This document shows positions 16,054 to 30,814 of a DNA stretch of 64,000 nucleotides, one piece after another. How positions within the stretch are numbered: the stretch's first letter is position 1; every line of letters begins with the position of its first letter. A program made the position numbers and the translations under genes. Under the pieces are notes generated by a model. The model searched no databases. It was not told the DNA's origin and was given only the letters and a program-made list of their open reading frames with translations. Source of the stretch: Eledone cirrhosa (lineage: Eukaryota); NCBI GenBank assembly GCA_964016885.1, contig OZ024741.1, positions 214,024,001 through 214,088,000 of the forward strand. Direction: 5' to 3'.

Positions 16054-16924
16054 TGAAGGATCATAACATCTTATGATCATAATGTCGTTGTTTCGAATCT
16101 CGGACTGGTCTGTGTGTTGTGTTCTTGAGCAAAACAGTTCCTCCCACGTTGTTTCAGTATACACAATTTTAAATGACAACCAGCAATAGCTAGGTGTTTA
16201 ACTTTGCTATGGACTGGTGTTCATAATTATGGAAGCTCATAAAAGTGTGCATTTCAATCTGTTTCATAACTATGGAAGCTCGTATAATGTTATATTTCAA
16301 CCGATTTTTGTATCTATGGGAGCTCATAAAACTTGTTTTCCGACCTCATGTATTTATATAACTATGGAAGCGCATGTAATTTACATTCAACCGCTTGTGT
16401 TGAATGTATATTACATTCAGCCTATTGTTCATATAACAATGGAAACTCATAAATCTTATATTTCAGCCAAATCTGTTCAGAAATATGGAAGCTCGTAAAT
16501 ATTACATTTCAAATCCTTGTGTATTTTTACACCAATACTAAATATATATATACCCTATATACATATATAGAACAAATCCATGCATTCATTGAATGTCCTA
16601 TATGTAAGTACTGCATTCGGAAACCAAAGCCAGCAATAAACAAAGTTTCTAGTTGACAAGACACTTGGATTCCATACAATAAAAATGACAATCGTAAAAA
16701 CTAGCCAATGATGAACTAAATGTCTATATTAGAGTTACAACATCCTCCATATTCCCTACCTCAGATATCATCCATATTTCCCAAACCCTAACCCAGTCTA
16801 CATACGGGTATGGGTGAGACTGTGTTTATCAAGCTGCAGCCGCCGTCAAAGTTAAAGTATGCAGTTTCTGTAAAAGAAGAGACATCAAATATCCATTATT
16901 ACCTACAACTATATATATATATAT

Positions 16925-17143
16925 GAAGGCGCGTGGCTGAGTGGTAAGAGAAATGTATTCGCAATCGTGAGGTTCGGAGTTCAATTCCTTTACCGAGCGA
17001 TGCGTTATGTCCTTGAGCAAGACACTTTATTTTACGTTGTTCCTTCTACCTGGAGTTGCGACCGATAGATAGTATTAGCAATTAGAAAGACCAATGGAAA
17101 CATTGTTTCATCGGTCCGATTTGACGAAAGTCGATCGACTGTC
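16925..17143 (+). mobile_element. SINE family 2
   Basis: GAAGGCGCGTGGCTGAGTGGTAAGAG A box, GAGTTCAATTCC B box, GTCCTTGAGCAAGACACTTTATT; 3' part shared with 24789-24953. Confidence 0.8.
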
Positions 17144-17152
17144 GATATATAC

Positions 17153-17181
<29 letters not shown>

Positions 17182-17183
<2 letters not shown>

Positions 17184-17281
17184 GGGTGTCCCAAAAAATG
17201 TATACACACTTCAACAGCATTCTAATAAATATTGTCTGTACAGGTAATCAAATAATGTATACAATTTTGTGGGACACTCTG
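17182..17281. mobile_element. Tc1/mariner-type MITE
   Basis: TIRs (C)AGGGTGTCCCAAAAAATGTATAC / GTATACAATTTTGTGGGACACTCTG, TA flanks; related copy at 20595-20672. Confidence 0.75.
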
Positions 17282-17559
17282 TATGTATATATATACACAC
17301 ACAGAGGCATAAGTCAAAACATATCGATCCACACATGCAATGGCATCCCTACTTTCACATAGACATATATGTACACACACCCGTATATAAATATGTATGT
17401 TGATACGTACAGGCACTCAGATTCGTACTTGGATAACTGATCTCACAATTCCAATGAAAAAGCCATATTTTTCAAATAGAAATGTAAATACATACACACA
17501 TACGTAAACACAAGCGGATACTTATATACGTTATATGACATATTATACATACCTGTAAC

Positions 17560-18190
17560 ACACACATTCACACACACACACACACTCACATATTCATACA
17601 CACACACTCACACACACGTACGCACACTCACTCACACTCTCACGCTCACAAACACACACTCACATTCACGCACACATTCACTCACTCTCACTTACACACT
17701 CACACTCTCACAAACACATACACTCACTCACACATACACTCACTTTCACTTACACACTCACACACACATCACACACTCACACTCTCACAAACACACACTC
17801 ACACTCACACATATTCACACACACTCACTCACACTCTCACGCTCACATGCACTCACACACATTCACACACACACATTCACTCACACAGACATCTCACTCT
17901 CACACTCACGCAGACACATTCACTGACACACACACACTATCATACTCAAAAAAACACACTCACTCACACATGCTCACACACACTCACACATTCATACATT
18001 CATACAGACACACTCACACACACACACACACACACTCACTCACACTCTCACACTCACATGCACTTACACACATTCACACACACGCATTCACTCACACACA
18101 CACACTCACTCTCACACTCACACACTCACATTCACTCACAAACACACACTCACACTTACTCACACATACACTCACACACATTCACACAAA
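17560..18190. repeat. Degenerate (CACT/CACA)n low-complexity tract
   Basis: Direct reading. Confidence 0.9.
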
Positions 18191-18309
18191 AACATTATAC
18201 AATTATTGAGTCAGTTGATGCATACAAACTTGATATGCATATCTACATGTATACATAAATACATATATCCATACATAGATGCATCCACAACCTTGGATAG
18301 ATATACACA

Positions 18310-18725
18310 TGATCGCTGCACCCTCGTTATCGAGTATGGCCATTGCACGATATACCATTATTAATAATTATTAATTAATTCTATCGTGCAATGCCTGTGC
18401 GTGAAGATATTTTTTAAAGTGAGGAAAGACTGTGCACTGAGCCAATCCCAGTCTCTGAGCGACAGTAGCTATAACCCGAAAAGACGAAAAGATCAACATT
18501 ATCGGTAACTACTGAGCCGCAGGTTTTATATCGGAGTTATCCCAGTTTCCTGAGTTGCCTTCTCCTAGAAGAATGCCCTGACAAAGGCTAGGGGTCCTTC
18601 ACTCCCAGTGGTTTAACCGCGCGAGAGTGCTACTGGTAACATGTAACCCAGTACAACCTGTCGCATGGTCGCGTCGTCGGCGACTAAACCGTCAACCCCA
18701 TCAAGTTTACTTGGTGAGGAGGGTG
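18310..18725 (+). mobile_element. Probable interspersed repeat, possibly an RTE-type LINE 5' region
   Basis: GC-richer island containing GTTGCCTTCTCCTAG...GCCCTGACAAAGGCTAG, which resembles RTE 5'UTR motifs from memory; not verified. Confidence 0.35.
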
Positions 18726-18793
18726 ATTTTGGACACATATACACATACATGCATACTTACAGACATAGGTGTATATATATATATATAATATAT

Positions 18794-18836
<43 letters not shown>

Positions 18837-18927
18837 ATTTATATATATATGCATACACATATACATACATGCAAACACGTGTACAAACATGCTTACATAT
18901 ATACATACATGCATACTTACCCACAGT

Positions 18928-18981
<54 letters not shown>

Positions 18982-18996
18982 CATACATGCATACAT

Positions 18997-19039
<43 letters not shown>

Positions 19040-19487
19040 TACATACACACATGTATACATATATACAGGCGTACATACATATATGCATACATACATACAT
19101 ACATGCATACATAAATACAGACATACGTACATATATACATGCCAACACAAATACACACACACACACAAAACACAAACACACGTATCGAACTCCATGGTAA
19201 CTTCGTGAGGCAAAAGAGAAATCAGCTGTGAAGAAAAGGCCTGAATGAAAATCGATATCGAAACTGCTATAGTTCCATCTCATGGCAGCTTAGATAGGTC
19301 AGAACTTATTACGTCAAAAACATGTTGATGTGGTTTTATTGAATACAAGACGTGTTCGACAGATTTATGGCGCTTCAAGTGTTCCATAAATCTGATTCTA
19401 CTTATTATAAACTCTATATGCAGGGTAGGTCTTTCTCACTCTCTCGTTCTCTTTCTCTTTCGCTCTCTCACTCACTCTCTCTCTCTC

Positions 19488-19532
<45 letters not shown>

Positions 19533-19707
19533 CTTTCTCTCACTCTCTCACTTTCTCTCTCTCACTCTCTCACTCTCTCTCACTCTTTCTCTCTCACTCT
19601 CTCTCTCTCGGCCTCTCTCTCTCTCACTCTCTCTCTCTAACATTCTTTCTTACTGAGTCTCTCTGGGGTTTTTTCTGTCCCTCGTCTCACTCACTTATCT
19701 CTTCACA

Positions 19708-19770
<63 letters not shown>

Positions 19771-19847
19771 AAACTCCCTCTCTACCTCTCCCTCTCTCCC
19801 TACCACTCACTCCCTCTCTACCACTCCCTCTGTCCCTCTCTCACAGA

Positions 19848-19901
<54 letters not shown>

Positions 19902-20171
19902 CAAGGTGACTAAAGGAAGAGAAGGAGGAGGGACTGTAATCATATAAAGGTTCCAATTGATGGGAGATACACGGGGCTACTATTTGAATAGGTTCATAAA
20001 ATGGGAGTTTGGTTTATGGGAGAACATTAAGGAGATGAGTGTATGGGCGGGGGGGGGGGGGGGACACTTAAAAGTTGGAGATCGATGGATTGATGGATGG
20101 CTAGAAGGATATATAGCTACATACATACATGTATTTGTGTGTGTATATATATATATGTATGTATTTATATA

Positions 20172-20214
<43 letters not shown>

Positions 20215-20337
20215 CGTTTCTGAATTTGTTATTGGCAACATGACCCTCCCAAAGTATAACAATATATATATATATATATATATACATATACATAAATATA
20301 TACATATATATATATACATCTATATATATACATCTAT

Positions 20338-20370
<33 letters not shown>

Positions 20371-20445
20371 CATACACATACATACATGTATGTGTGTGTA
20401 TATATATATGTATATATTTATATATATGTATATTTATATGTATAT

Positions 20446-20528
<83 letters not shown>

Positions 20529-20594
20529 TGTATATATACATCTATATACACACACACACACACATATATATACATACACACACATATATATATA

Positions 20595-20672
20595 CAGGAT
20601 GTCCCAAAAAATGTATACACACTTTTATTAGAATGCTGTTGAAGTGTGTATGTATTTTTGGGCAACACCCTA
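20595..20672. mobile_element. Tc1/mariner-type MITE (short copy)
   Basis: CAGGATGTCCCAAAAAATGTATACAC ... GTGTATGTATTTTTGGGCAACACCCTA in TA context. Confidence 0.7.
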
Positions 20673-20714
20673 TATATATATATGTACACACTCATATATA
20701 TATATATACACATA

Positions 20715-20796
<82 letters not shown>

Positions 20797-20861
20797 ATTG
20801 AAGCAGATGGATAGATGGAGGGAGAAATATGTATATATATATATATGTATATATATATATG

Positions 20862-20894
<33 letters not shown>

Positions 20895-20949
20895 CTGCTT
20901 TCAAGAAACCACTGGTAAATGAAATAATCATCTTATGTCGTTTATTACA

Positions 20950-21082
<133 letters not shown>

Positions 21083-21644
21083 GGGGGGATAACGATATAT
21101 ATATATATATATATATGAGATAAATAGATACATGACTCCACTGCTAGATATCTCGTTAAATGTGCAAGCATTTCGATATATGTAGTTGTGAAGAGGGAAA
21201 AGTGGGCTGGGATAAATCCAAGCAAGTGGTATGAATTGATGGATGAGTATATAGATTAATCTATGTAGGTTGGTAGTTAGAAGGTTGGATGTATGAGTAG
21301 GTGTATAGTAAACAGTTAGATATGTAGGTGTGTTGAGATGTAGGTACGTAGATACGTAGATAGAGGCATATATCTGTATCTGTGTTTCGTTGATAAAGAG
21401 TCAAACGCCTGCATATACAAACATATACATATGTATACATATATACAAACATATGAAGAGGGGTGTGTGTGTGTGTATGTATGTATATGCCTATGTATAT
21501 ATGTATGTATATGTATATATGTATGTATATGTGTATATGTATGTATATGTGTATATGTATGTATATGTGTATATGTATGTATATGTGTATATGTATGTAT
21601 ATGTGTATATGTATGTGTAGCGACGTGGTGGCTGTACATATGCA

Positions 21645-21990
21645 TATGCACCTGGTTTAGTGGTTAGAGTATTGGATTCACTATGGTGAAACTGTCACTT
21701 GGATTCTCGAATTGGGCGATGAGTTATGTCCTTAAGCAAGACACTTTATTTCACGTCGCTCCAGTACATCCCGCTGTAGAATGAGTTGTGATGTCACTGG
21801 CGCCAAGCTGTATCTGTCATTGCCTTTCTCTTGGATAACATAAGTGGCATGGAGATGGGATAATGGTATGCAGGTGTGACTGCTCGTCTTCTACTGCTGG
21901 TCTTCCACAAAACACTTTTCCTTGGATTGTGACTCTGAGGGAAACTTTCAAGGTGCAAATCCCATGGTTGCTCGTGATCGGAGAGGGTCT
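21645..21990 (+). mobile_element. SINE family 2, diverged
   Basis: TGGTTTAGTGGTTAGAG head and GTCCTTAAGCAAGACACTTTATTTCACG core. Confidence 0.65.
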
Positions 21991-22011
21991 TTAATGCATA
22001 TATGCAGAAAA

Positions 22012-22177
<166 letters not shown>

Positions 22178-22774
22178 TTGAAATACATACGCGAATGGCC
22201 ACAAGCACATATCATATGCCATCACCACCCGTCACTCTCAAGCGTGAACCTAATACCACACTGTTCGTCCTGCACTCTTTCTGCATACTTGACGCCCAAT
22301 ATATATATATATATATATATATAATACATGCATACACACACATACAGACTAAACACACACACACACACACACACACTTAATACATAATACAATCACGGAC
22401 ACATTGACACATACATACAGCAAAAGATATCAACCGGTATTTCTAATAAAACCACATCCTAGGGGGCCACACTTGAAACTTTTCTCGGATCGCCATTAAA
22501 GGAGCAAAATATAAAAGAAGCTTTAATGTTCAACAGTTAGTCACGTGGAAGGGATGGCCATATATGGAGAACAATAAACCACTTTCTCACAAGCATAATA
22601 AAATGGCTGCTATTACGTAGGATTGCATTATCCTCATGGCAACAACATATATATGTGTGTGTAGATATATACATATATATATATATAAGTGTGTGTGTAT
22701 ATTTATATGTATGTATATCCATGTAGATATATGTATGTACGTATATAAATATGTGTGAGTGTGTGTGTGTGTGT

Positions 22775-22961
22775 ATAACAAAGAAGGTGTGGTAAGATAC
22801 CAGATGGACCATAAAACACCAGAGTACTCAATACTTAGAGTAGTGGAGTGGGTAATAAGAAAGGAGTCAAGACGCCGACGGCTGAGCTCCGGCCATTTCG
22901 ACAGCTAGATCTAGCTGTCGAAATGGCCGGAGCTCAGCCGTCGGGGGTCCTGACTATTTCC

Positions 22962-22964
<3 letters not shown>
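22775..22964. mobile_element. Fold-back PLE-end remnant (family A-related)
   Basis: Homologous to 63355-63480; palindrome with no spacer centred at 22909/22910; ends TTCCTAT into (TA)n. Confidence 0.85.
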
Positions 22965-23056
<92 letters not shown>

Positions 23057-23374
23057 AATATAAATATATATATATATATGGATGTATATATATATATATA
23101 TAAATGTATGTATGCCCATGTATATGTATATATATAAATGTATGGATGCCCTATATATAGGTATATATATAAATGTATGTATGCCTATATATAGGTATAT
23201 ATATAAATGTATGGATGCCTATATATAGGTATAATATATATATAAATGTATGTATGCTTATATATAGGTAGATATATAAATGTATGGATGCCTATATATA
23301 GGTATATATATAAATGTATGTATGTCTATATATTTATATATGTATATATATAATTGTGTGTATATAAATGTGTG

Positions 23375-23411
<37 letters not shown>

Positions 23412-23632
23412 GTGTATATGGATGTATATGCATGTGCATTTATAGACATACGTGCACGCATAGGTAATTATGAATGTACCTGTATACACAGCCAGAATAT
23501 ACAAACACTGACCGATATATATATATTAACATATATACACTCTTGTATTTAACTCAACCTCATATATACTCATATCGAGACCCCAACACAGACCTGAGCA
23601 CCCACATATATACGGACTAACACACACATTAA

Positions 23633-23852
23633 CCCTTTAGCATTCACATTACTCTATATATACTATTATATTTTCATGCTAAAGGCTTTACCTCGCATAA
23701 TTATCTCACATAATATCGAATCTATGAGATTTTGAAAGTATTTATTTTGAGAACAATACCTTAACATCAGTTTGAGTGACCAGTTACAGCCAGTTTCAAC
23801 AGAAAGAAGTAGAGAATTCTGGTCAGTTTTGGCCAGTTTGAACATTAAAGGG
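23633..23852. mobile_element. TTAA-targeting (piggyBac-like) MITE
   Basis: TTAA-CCCTTTAGCATTCA ... TGAACATTAAAGGG-TTAA. Confidence 0.7.
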
Positions 23853-24020
23853 TTAAACAGTTAAAATCCCAAACAGTGTTCCCAGTCGTTTCAAGAGCTA
23901 TGAATCTGATCATGTATGGCGTACTCCCTTGATTTCGGATTGTTTTCGGTCGTCCTACAGTGGAACTAAGCCATATGCCATTATGACAGCCTATCTGGCA
24001 TATCAGTTCATATGTCCCAA

Positions 24021-24243
24021 TAGATTGGCAGTATCGGTAGAGCGTCGGAGAACATTGCTTTGCAGCATTGAGTTACCACCCTTTACGTTCAGAGTTCAAA
24101 CCCAGTTGAGGTTGGCTTTACGTTACATCCTTACAGGATCGATAAAATAAAGTATCGATCACGCAATGGGCGTCGATTTAAAGGACATTCTCCTCCCCAC
24201 CCCCAAGTTTCTGGCCTTGTTCATAAAACAGAAACCACTATTA
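24021..24243 (+). mobile_element. SINE family 1, diverged
   Basis: GATTGGCAGTATCGGTAGAG head, GAGTTCAAACCC B box, GATAAAATAAAGTA core. Confidence 0.7.
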
Positions 24244-24308
24244 CTTCAGTATATATATATATATATATAAATAATATAAGATCAAAAGATGGTTAAAAGA
24301 GTTCCATG

Positions 24309-24379
24309 TATTTTATTATGCGCATTTCAAAGACAAATATCATCATGGAATGATATTTGCGTTCTCATCAGATAAAATA
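24309..24379 (-). ncRNA. Type I hammerhead ribozyme (family B, left arm)
   Basis: Reverse complement of the 24507-24577 motif, with intact CUGAUGA/GAAA core. Confidence 0.8.
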
Positions 24380-24506
24380 GGGAGACATGATATGAAGCTT
24401 AAAAAACACTTGCGAGCAGTGAAGTGTTAAATCAACATAAATCAACATATGTTGATTTAACACTTCACTGCTCGCAAGTGTTTTTTAAGCTTCATATCAT
24501 GCTCCT

Positions 24507-24577
24507 TATTTTATCTGATGAGAACGCAAATATCATCCCATGATGATATTTGTTTTTGAAATGCGCATAATAAAATA
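24507..24577 (+). ncRNA. Type I hammerhead ribozyme (family B, right arm)
   Basis: Stem I TATTTTAT/ATAAAATA; CTGATGA 24515-24521; ~15 bp stem II; GAAA; palindromic stem III ATGCGCAT; AUA cleavage triplet. Confidence 0.85.
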
Positions 24578-24701
24578 CATGGAACTCTTTTAACCATCTT
24601 TTGATCTTATATTATTTATACTCCAGTCCTATAAACTGTGGAGTGCTACTTATCCGATATTTGCATTGCTTTATTGTGCTACAATAAAACTCACCTCCTA
24701 C

Positions 24702-24788
<87 letters not shown>

Positions 24789-24791
<3 letters not shown>

Positions 24792-24953
24792 TTCGATTCC
24801 CGGACCGGGCGATGCGTTATGTCCTGGAGCAAGACACTTTATTCACGTTGCTCCTTCTACTTGGAGTTGCGACAGATAGATAGTATTAGCAATTGGAAAG
24901 ACCAATGGAAACATTGTTTCCTCGGGCCGATTTAACGAAAGTCGACCATTCCT
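24789..24953 (+). mobile_element. SINE family 2, 5' truncated
   Basis: GAGTTCGATTCCC then GTCCTGGAGCAAGACACTTTATT; matches 16977-17140. Confidence 0.75.
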
Positions 24954-24954
24954 T

Positions 24955-24980
<26 letters not shown>

Positions 24981-24987
<7 letters not shown>

Positions 24988-25160
24988 GTGAGGTTTTTTT
25001 TTACAAAAGGAAAAATAACCGAGGTGTCCTACACGAGTGAAAGTATAAAGAAAAAGAGATGAAATCGAAAATGCAACTGGAGTCTTATTTTTTTTTTTAA
25101 ATATATATATTTAAAAAAAAAAATAAGACTCCAGTTGCATTTTCGATTTCATCTCTTTTT

Positions 25161-25167
<7 letters not shown>
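24981..25167. mobile_element. Fold-back PLE-end remnant (family D tail)
   Basis: Left part is the reverse complement of 44340-44460; internal inversion; flanked by (TA)n. Confidence 0.8.
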
Positions 25168-25240
<73 letters not shown>

Positions 25241-25347
25241 CAAGTAAAAAGTTAGTTGATCAAACAGAATTAAACACTCTACGTCTTGTATTCCTCAAAG
25301 TATTATCAATAAGGTGTCAAATAGATACATATATATATATATGTTTA

Positions 25348-25705
25348 TTCCGGGTTCAATCGGGGATAACCACAGTAAGTAAGGTACTCAATACATAGCA
25401 GACTATAAATATTTAATATAGAAATGGCTTCTACAGGACTAGAACTGTTTCATTCGAAGGAAATCACCAGGAAAGCCGACTGTCAATGTGTTATGGTGGT
25501 ATTTATACATTTTCTGGTGGTAGGAGAGGGTGGTGATTCGGATAGGTGGAGGTCATTGGTTGATGGGTTTAAAGAATGAGGATTCTTTAAAAAAAACTAT
25601 ATTTAGAGAAAATAAATACCACCATATAACATTCGGCTTTCCTAATGATTTCCTCCGAATGAAACAGTTCTAGTACTTAGAAGCCATTTCTATATTAAAT
25701 ATATA
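25348..25705. mobile_element. Fold-back PLE-end remnant (family C) with degenerate hammerheads at 25426-25477 (-) and 25635-25685 (+)
   Basis: Inverted arms; minus GGCTTTC-CTGGTGA-TTTC CTTC GAAT-GAAA-CAG..CTG-TA-GAAGCC; plus copy has CTAATGA, so consensus is CTGATGA; related copy at 36244-36395. Confidence 0.7.
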
Positions 25706-25838
25706 TATATATATATATACGGGGTAACAAATTATTGTTATAGGTAGTCCACTTAAGTGTAGTCCAGTTATGGTACTCCGGGTAGCAATGAAATTAAAAA
25801 CCTTTCTTGTATAGCAAACCGTGTCACTCTTCTTTCCT

Positions 25839-25885
<47 letters not shown>

Positions 25886-25888
<3 letters not shown>

Positions 25889-26056
25889 AACTCTGGACAC
25901 ACTAGAAGAGGAAGACCAAGGTTAACGTATGTTGATGCCCTAAGGACAGACACTGGTCTATTGGAAACGCAGGACATGGCAGCGATAATGAGGGACAGAG
26001 ACCGCTGGAGAGAACTCGTCCATGGATCTCGGGAATTTTACCCGCCTTAGATAGAT
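25886..26056 (+). pseudogene. RTE-clade LINE 3' end fragment
   Basis: Translates [42 protein letters not shown], the typical RTE C-terminal RGRP...DR..WR motif; stop then (TAGA)n tail. Confidence 0.8.
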
Positions 26057-26099
26057 ATATATATATACACACTAACACACACACACACACACATATATA

Positions 26100-26211
<112 letters not shown>

Positions 26212-26639
26212 TATATTTATAAAAACTTGTGTGTGTGTGCACGTGCATGTATGTATATGTTTCTGTGAATGCGTTACTGGCCGATATGTGTGTATGAATA
26301 TACGTGTACATATGTATGCATGCATCTTTATGAATGTACGTATATGTATGTGTCTGTAAGTATGTGCATGTGCATATGTGTGTATGTTTGTATGCGTACA
26401 TATGTATGTGTATATATGTATATATGTATATGAACATATGTATATATATATATATATGTGTATGTATGTATGTGTCTGTGGATTTTTTTGAAGAAAGCCT
26501 GAGAGTGTCTGCTAGGTTGACTTATTAGCTACGTTACATGACGAGGAAATGTTTCAACTGGTGATCTTCTTTCTATTGATCACCTAATCAATGTGTCATG
26601 TCACTTACTCACACTTGATTCAATCATATTGGTCATAAC

Positions 26640-27990
26640 CCACCACATCCTTTCATCTTCCGCCTTTCCACCCCTTTTCTAGCATGAACTCTCACTCCTC
26701 CTACACACCCTCCTACCGTTCACCCAATCCTACAGTACATCCACCCCTCCATCCGTCCACCCCCTCTTTCCGTCCACCCCTCCTTCCGTCCAACCCTCCT
26801 CCGTTCACCCCTCCATCCGTCCAACCCCTCCTTCCGTCCAACCCTCCTCCATTCACCCCTCCATCCGTCCAACCCCTTTTTCCGTCCAACCCTCCTCCGT
26901 CCACCCCTCTTTCCGTCCACCCCTCCTTCCATCCAACCCTCCTCCCTCCGTCCACCCCTCTTTCCGTCCAACCCTCCTCCGTCCACCCCACTTTCCGTCT
27001 ACCCCTCTTCCCTCCATTCCCCCATCCACCCCTTCCTCAACTCCTCCTTCTATCCTTCATCCCACCCTCCCTCCACCCTCATTCCATTCACACATTCTAC
27101 CGTCCCCTGCTTCTGTCCACCCCTCCTACTGTCCATCTTTCCATCCATTCATTCATCTCTCGACCCTCCACCCAACCCTCCTCTTACCCTCTAGCCACCT
27201 ATTCCACAACCCCCCTCTTTCCACCCCTCATACCGTTCACCCCGTCTTTCCACCCCTACTATTATCTACTACTCCTCCTTTCCATACATCCTTCAAACAC
27301 TCCATCCATCCACCCTTGCTCCTACACCTCGCTATATCCACCCTTGCTCCTACACCTCGCTATATCCACCCTTGCTCCTACACCTCGCTATATCCACCCT
27401 TGCTCCTACACCTCGCTATATCCACCCTGCTCCTACACCTCGCTATATCCACCCTGCTCCTACCTCTCACTCTACCCACCCAAACCTACCTCTCACTCTA
27501 ACCACCCTTCTCCTACCCTCGCTATATCCGCCCTGCTCTTACCCCTCGCTATATCCACCCTGCTTCTACCACTCACTCTAACCACCCTGCTCCTACCCTC
27601 GCTATATCCACCCTGCTTCTACCACTCACTCTAACCACCCTGCTCCTACCCTCGCTATATCCACCCTGCTCCTACCTCTCACTCTATCCACCCTGCTTCT
27701 ACCACTCACTCTAACCACCCTGCTCCTACCCTCGCTATATCCACCCTGCTCCTACCTCTCACTCTAACCACCCTGCTCCTACCCTCGCTATATCCACCCT
27801 GCTCCTACCTCTCACTCTAACCACCCTGCTCCTACCCTCGCTATATCCACCCTACTCCTACCTCTCACTCTAACCACCCTGCTCCTACCCTCGCTATATC
27901 CACCCTGCTCATATCTTTCGTTATATCCACCCCTGCTCATACCCATTCCTTATATCCACCCCGGCTTCTACCCCTCACTATATCCATCTC
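26640..27990. repeat. C-rich degenerate repeats grading into a ~28-29 bp minisatellite
   Basis: CCTACACCTCGCTATATCCACCCT(T)GCT and CCTCTCACTCTAACCACCCTGCT units. Confidence 0.9.
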
Positions 27991-28278
27991 CCTCCTACCC
28001 ATCTTCCTACCCCTGCTCCTATCCCACCATGCAGCCCAACTGTGAGACCATCCAACCATCCATGCGTCCAGGCATCCTTTCATCTTACCATCCACACTTA
28101 TAGTCAATCATCCATTCATCCACCCAACAGCCCCAACCTTTCACCCCCCCACTCCTCCAAACTTTTATCCACCCAACACCACCCCCAACCTTTCATCTAC
28201 CCATCATTCCATCCACCCACTCATCCATCCATGCGTTCTTTCATCTTTCCATCCATCCATAGACGCATAAATACATCG

Positions 28279-28323
<45 letters not shown>

Positions 28324-28439
28324 CTATCTATATATATATATATATATACATACATATATATCTATCTATATATATATATATATACATACATGCATATTTA
28401 AATACATGCATTCATACAACCATTCTTACATACATATAT

Positions 28440-29005
28440 ACATACACACATACTTACAAGCCTACATACATACATACATACATACATACTTACATACATA
28501 CTTACATACATACATACATACTTACATACATACATACTTACATACATACTTACATACATACTTACATACATACATACATACTTACATACATACTTACATA
28601 CATACTTACATACTTACATACATACTTACATACATACTTACATACATACTTACATACTTACATACATACTTACATACATACATACTTACATACTTACATA
28701 CATACTTACATACATACTTACATACTTACATACATACATACTTACATACTTACATACATACATACATACTTACATACTTACATACATACATACTTACATA
28801 CTTACATACATACATACATACTTACATACTTACATACATACATACTTACATACTTACATACATACATACTTACATACTTACATACATACATACTTACATA
28901 CATACATACTTACATACTTACATACATAATTACATACATACTTACATACTTACATACATACATACTTACATACTTACATACATACATACTTACATACATA
29001 CATAC

Positions 29006-29036
<31 letters not shown>

Positions 29037-29188
29037 CATACATACATACATACTTACATACATACATACTTACATACATACATACATACTTACATATATA
29101 CATACTTACATACATACATATATACATACTTACATACATACATACATACATACTTACATACTTACATACATACATACTTACATAATAC

Positions 29189-29219
<31 letters not shown>

Positions 29220-29348
29220 CATACATACATACATACATACATACATACATACTTACATACATACATACATACTTACATAAATACATACATACATACATAC
29301 ATACATACATACATACTTACATACTTACATACATACTTACATACATAC

Positions 29349-29379
<31 letters not shown>

Positions 29380-29528
29380 CATACTTACATACATACATAC
29401 ATATATACATACTTACATACATACTTACATACATACATACATACATACATACTTACATACATACATACATACTTACATACTTACACACATACATACTTAC
29501 ATACATACATACTTACATACATACATAC

Positions 29529-29559
<31 letters not shown>

Positions 29560-29588
29560 CATACATACTTACATACATACATACATAC

Positions 29589-29619
<31 letters not shown>

Positions 29620-29684
29620 CATACTTACATACATACATACATGCATACATACATACATACATACATACTTACATACATACATAC

Positions 29685-29715
<31 letters not shown>

Positions 29716-29770
29716 CATACTTACATACATACATACATACTTACATACTTACATACATACATACATACAT
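28440..29770. repeat. (TACA)n/(TACT) tetranucleotide microsatellite
   Basis: Direct reading. Confidence 0.97.
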
Positions 29771-29845
29771 ATATAAATGTATACATACATAGACAGAAAA
29801 CTTGATTGATTGATAGGACGAGACACACACACACGAATACACACT

Positions 29846-29956
<111 letters not shown>

Positions 29957-30142
29957 CGAAGGAAATGTGGTAAGGAACCAGTTGGACCATAACGCACAAA
30001 GTACTCAATACTTAGGGTAGTAGAGTGGGTAATAGGAACGAGTAGGACCCCAACGGCTGAGCTCAAACAGTTTCGACGGCTAATTCTGGACATAATTAGC
30101 CGTCGAAACGGCTTGAGCTCAGCCGTCGGGGTCCTAGTCGTT

Positions 30143-30147
<5 letters not shown>
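29957..30147. mobile_element. Fold-back remnant of the family A PLE end
   Basis: 29957-30091 matches 63355-63490; then an inverted copy ending TTCCTAT; (TA)n on both sides. Confidence 0.9.
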
Positions 30148-30223
<76 letters not shown>

Positions 30224-30229
<6 letters not shown>

Positions 30230-30405
30230 AAGGAATTGTGGCAAGGAACCAGATGGACAATAACGCACCAGAGTACTCAATACTTAAAGTAGTAGAGTGG
30301 GAATTATGAAAAATTATGACCGCGACGGCAGAGCTCAAGCCGTTTCGTCCAGCAATAGCCGTCGAAACGGCTTGAGCTCTGCCGTCGGGGTCATACTTTT
30401 TCCTA

Positions 30406-30406
<1 letters not shown>
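30224..30406. mobile_element. Fold-back remnant, family A subfamily
   Basis: Same layout as 29957-30147; closest to 41027-41220. Confidence 0.85.
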
Positions 30407-30452
<46 letters not shown>

Positions 30453-30814
30453 ATATATAGAGAGAGAACCTTACTCCCTTTTAATATATATATATGTATA
30501 TATATAAATATATATAGGGGGAGAAAGAGAGAAAATAGTGTTGATAAATATATCCATTCAGCCATCCATCTCTATCCTCTGCTGCCCTTCCCTCCAGAAC
30601 CATCACTACCACTACAACCACTACCACCGCCGCCATGTTATAACTATGTGTCCAGACGTCCTAACACACCACCTACCAATCATCACATTACGGCTGACTG
30701 ATATTTCACAACAGCTAAACCGATCATACAGAACGTCCCACATTCATCGACTCCCCACCACCATCACCACTACCACTACCAACAGCACCAGCACCACCAA
30801 CATCGCTAACACTC

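Larger units (their letters stand above)
24266..24705. mobile_element. Fold-back PLE-end remnant (family B): ~174 bp inverted arms plus ~85 bp tail
   Basis: 24266-24439 is the near-perfect reverse complement of 24448-24620; flanked by (TA)n on both sides; a hammerhead lies in each arm. Confidence 0.85.

Noticed and set aside
19236-19278. CTGAATGA..CGAAAC..GTT motif
   Set aside because: Extra core base and no credible stem II
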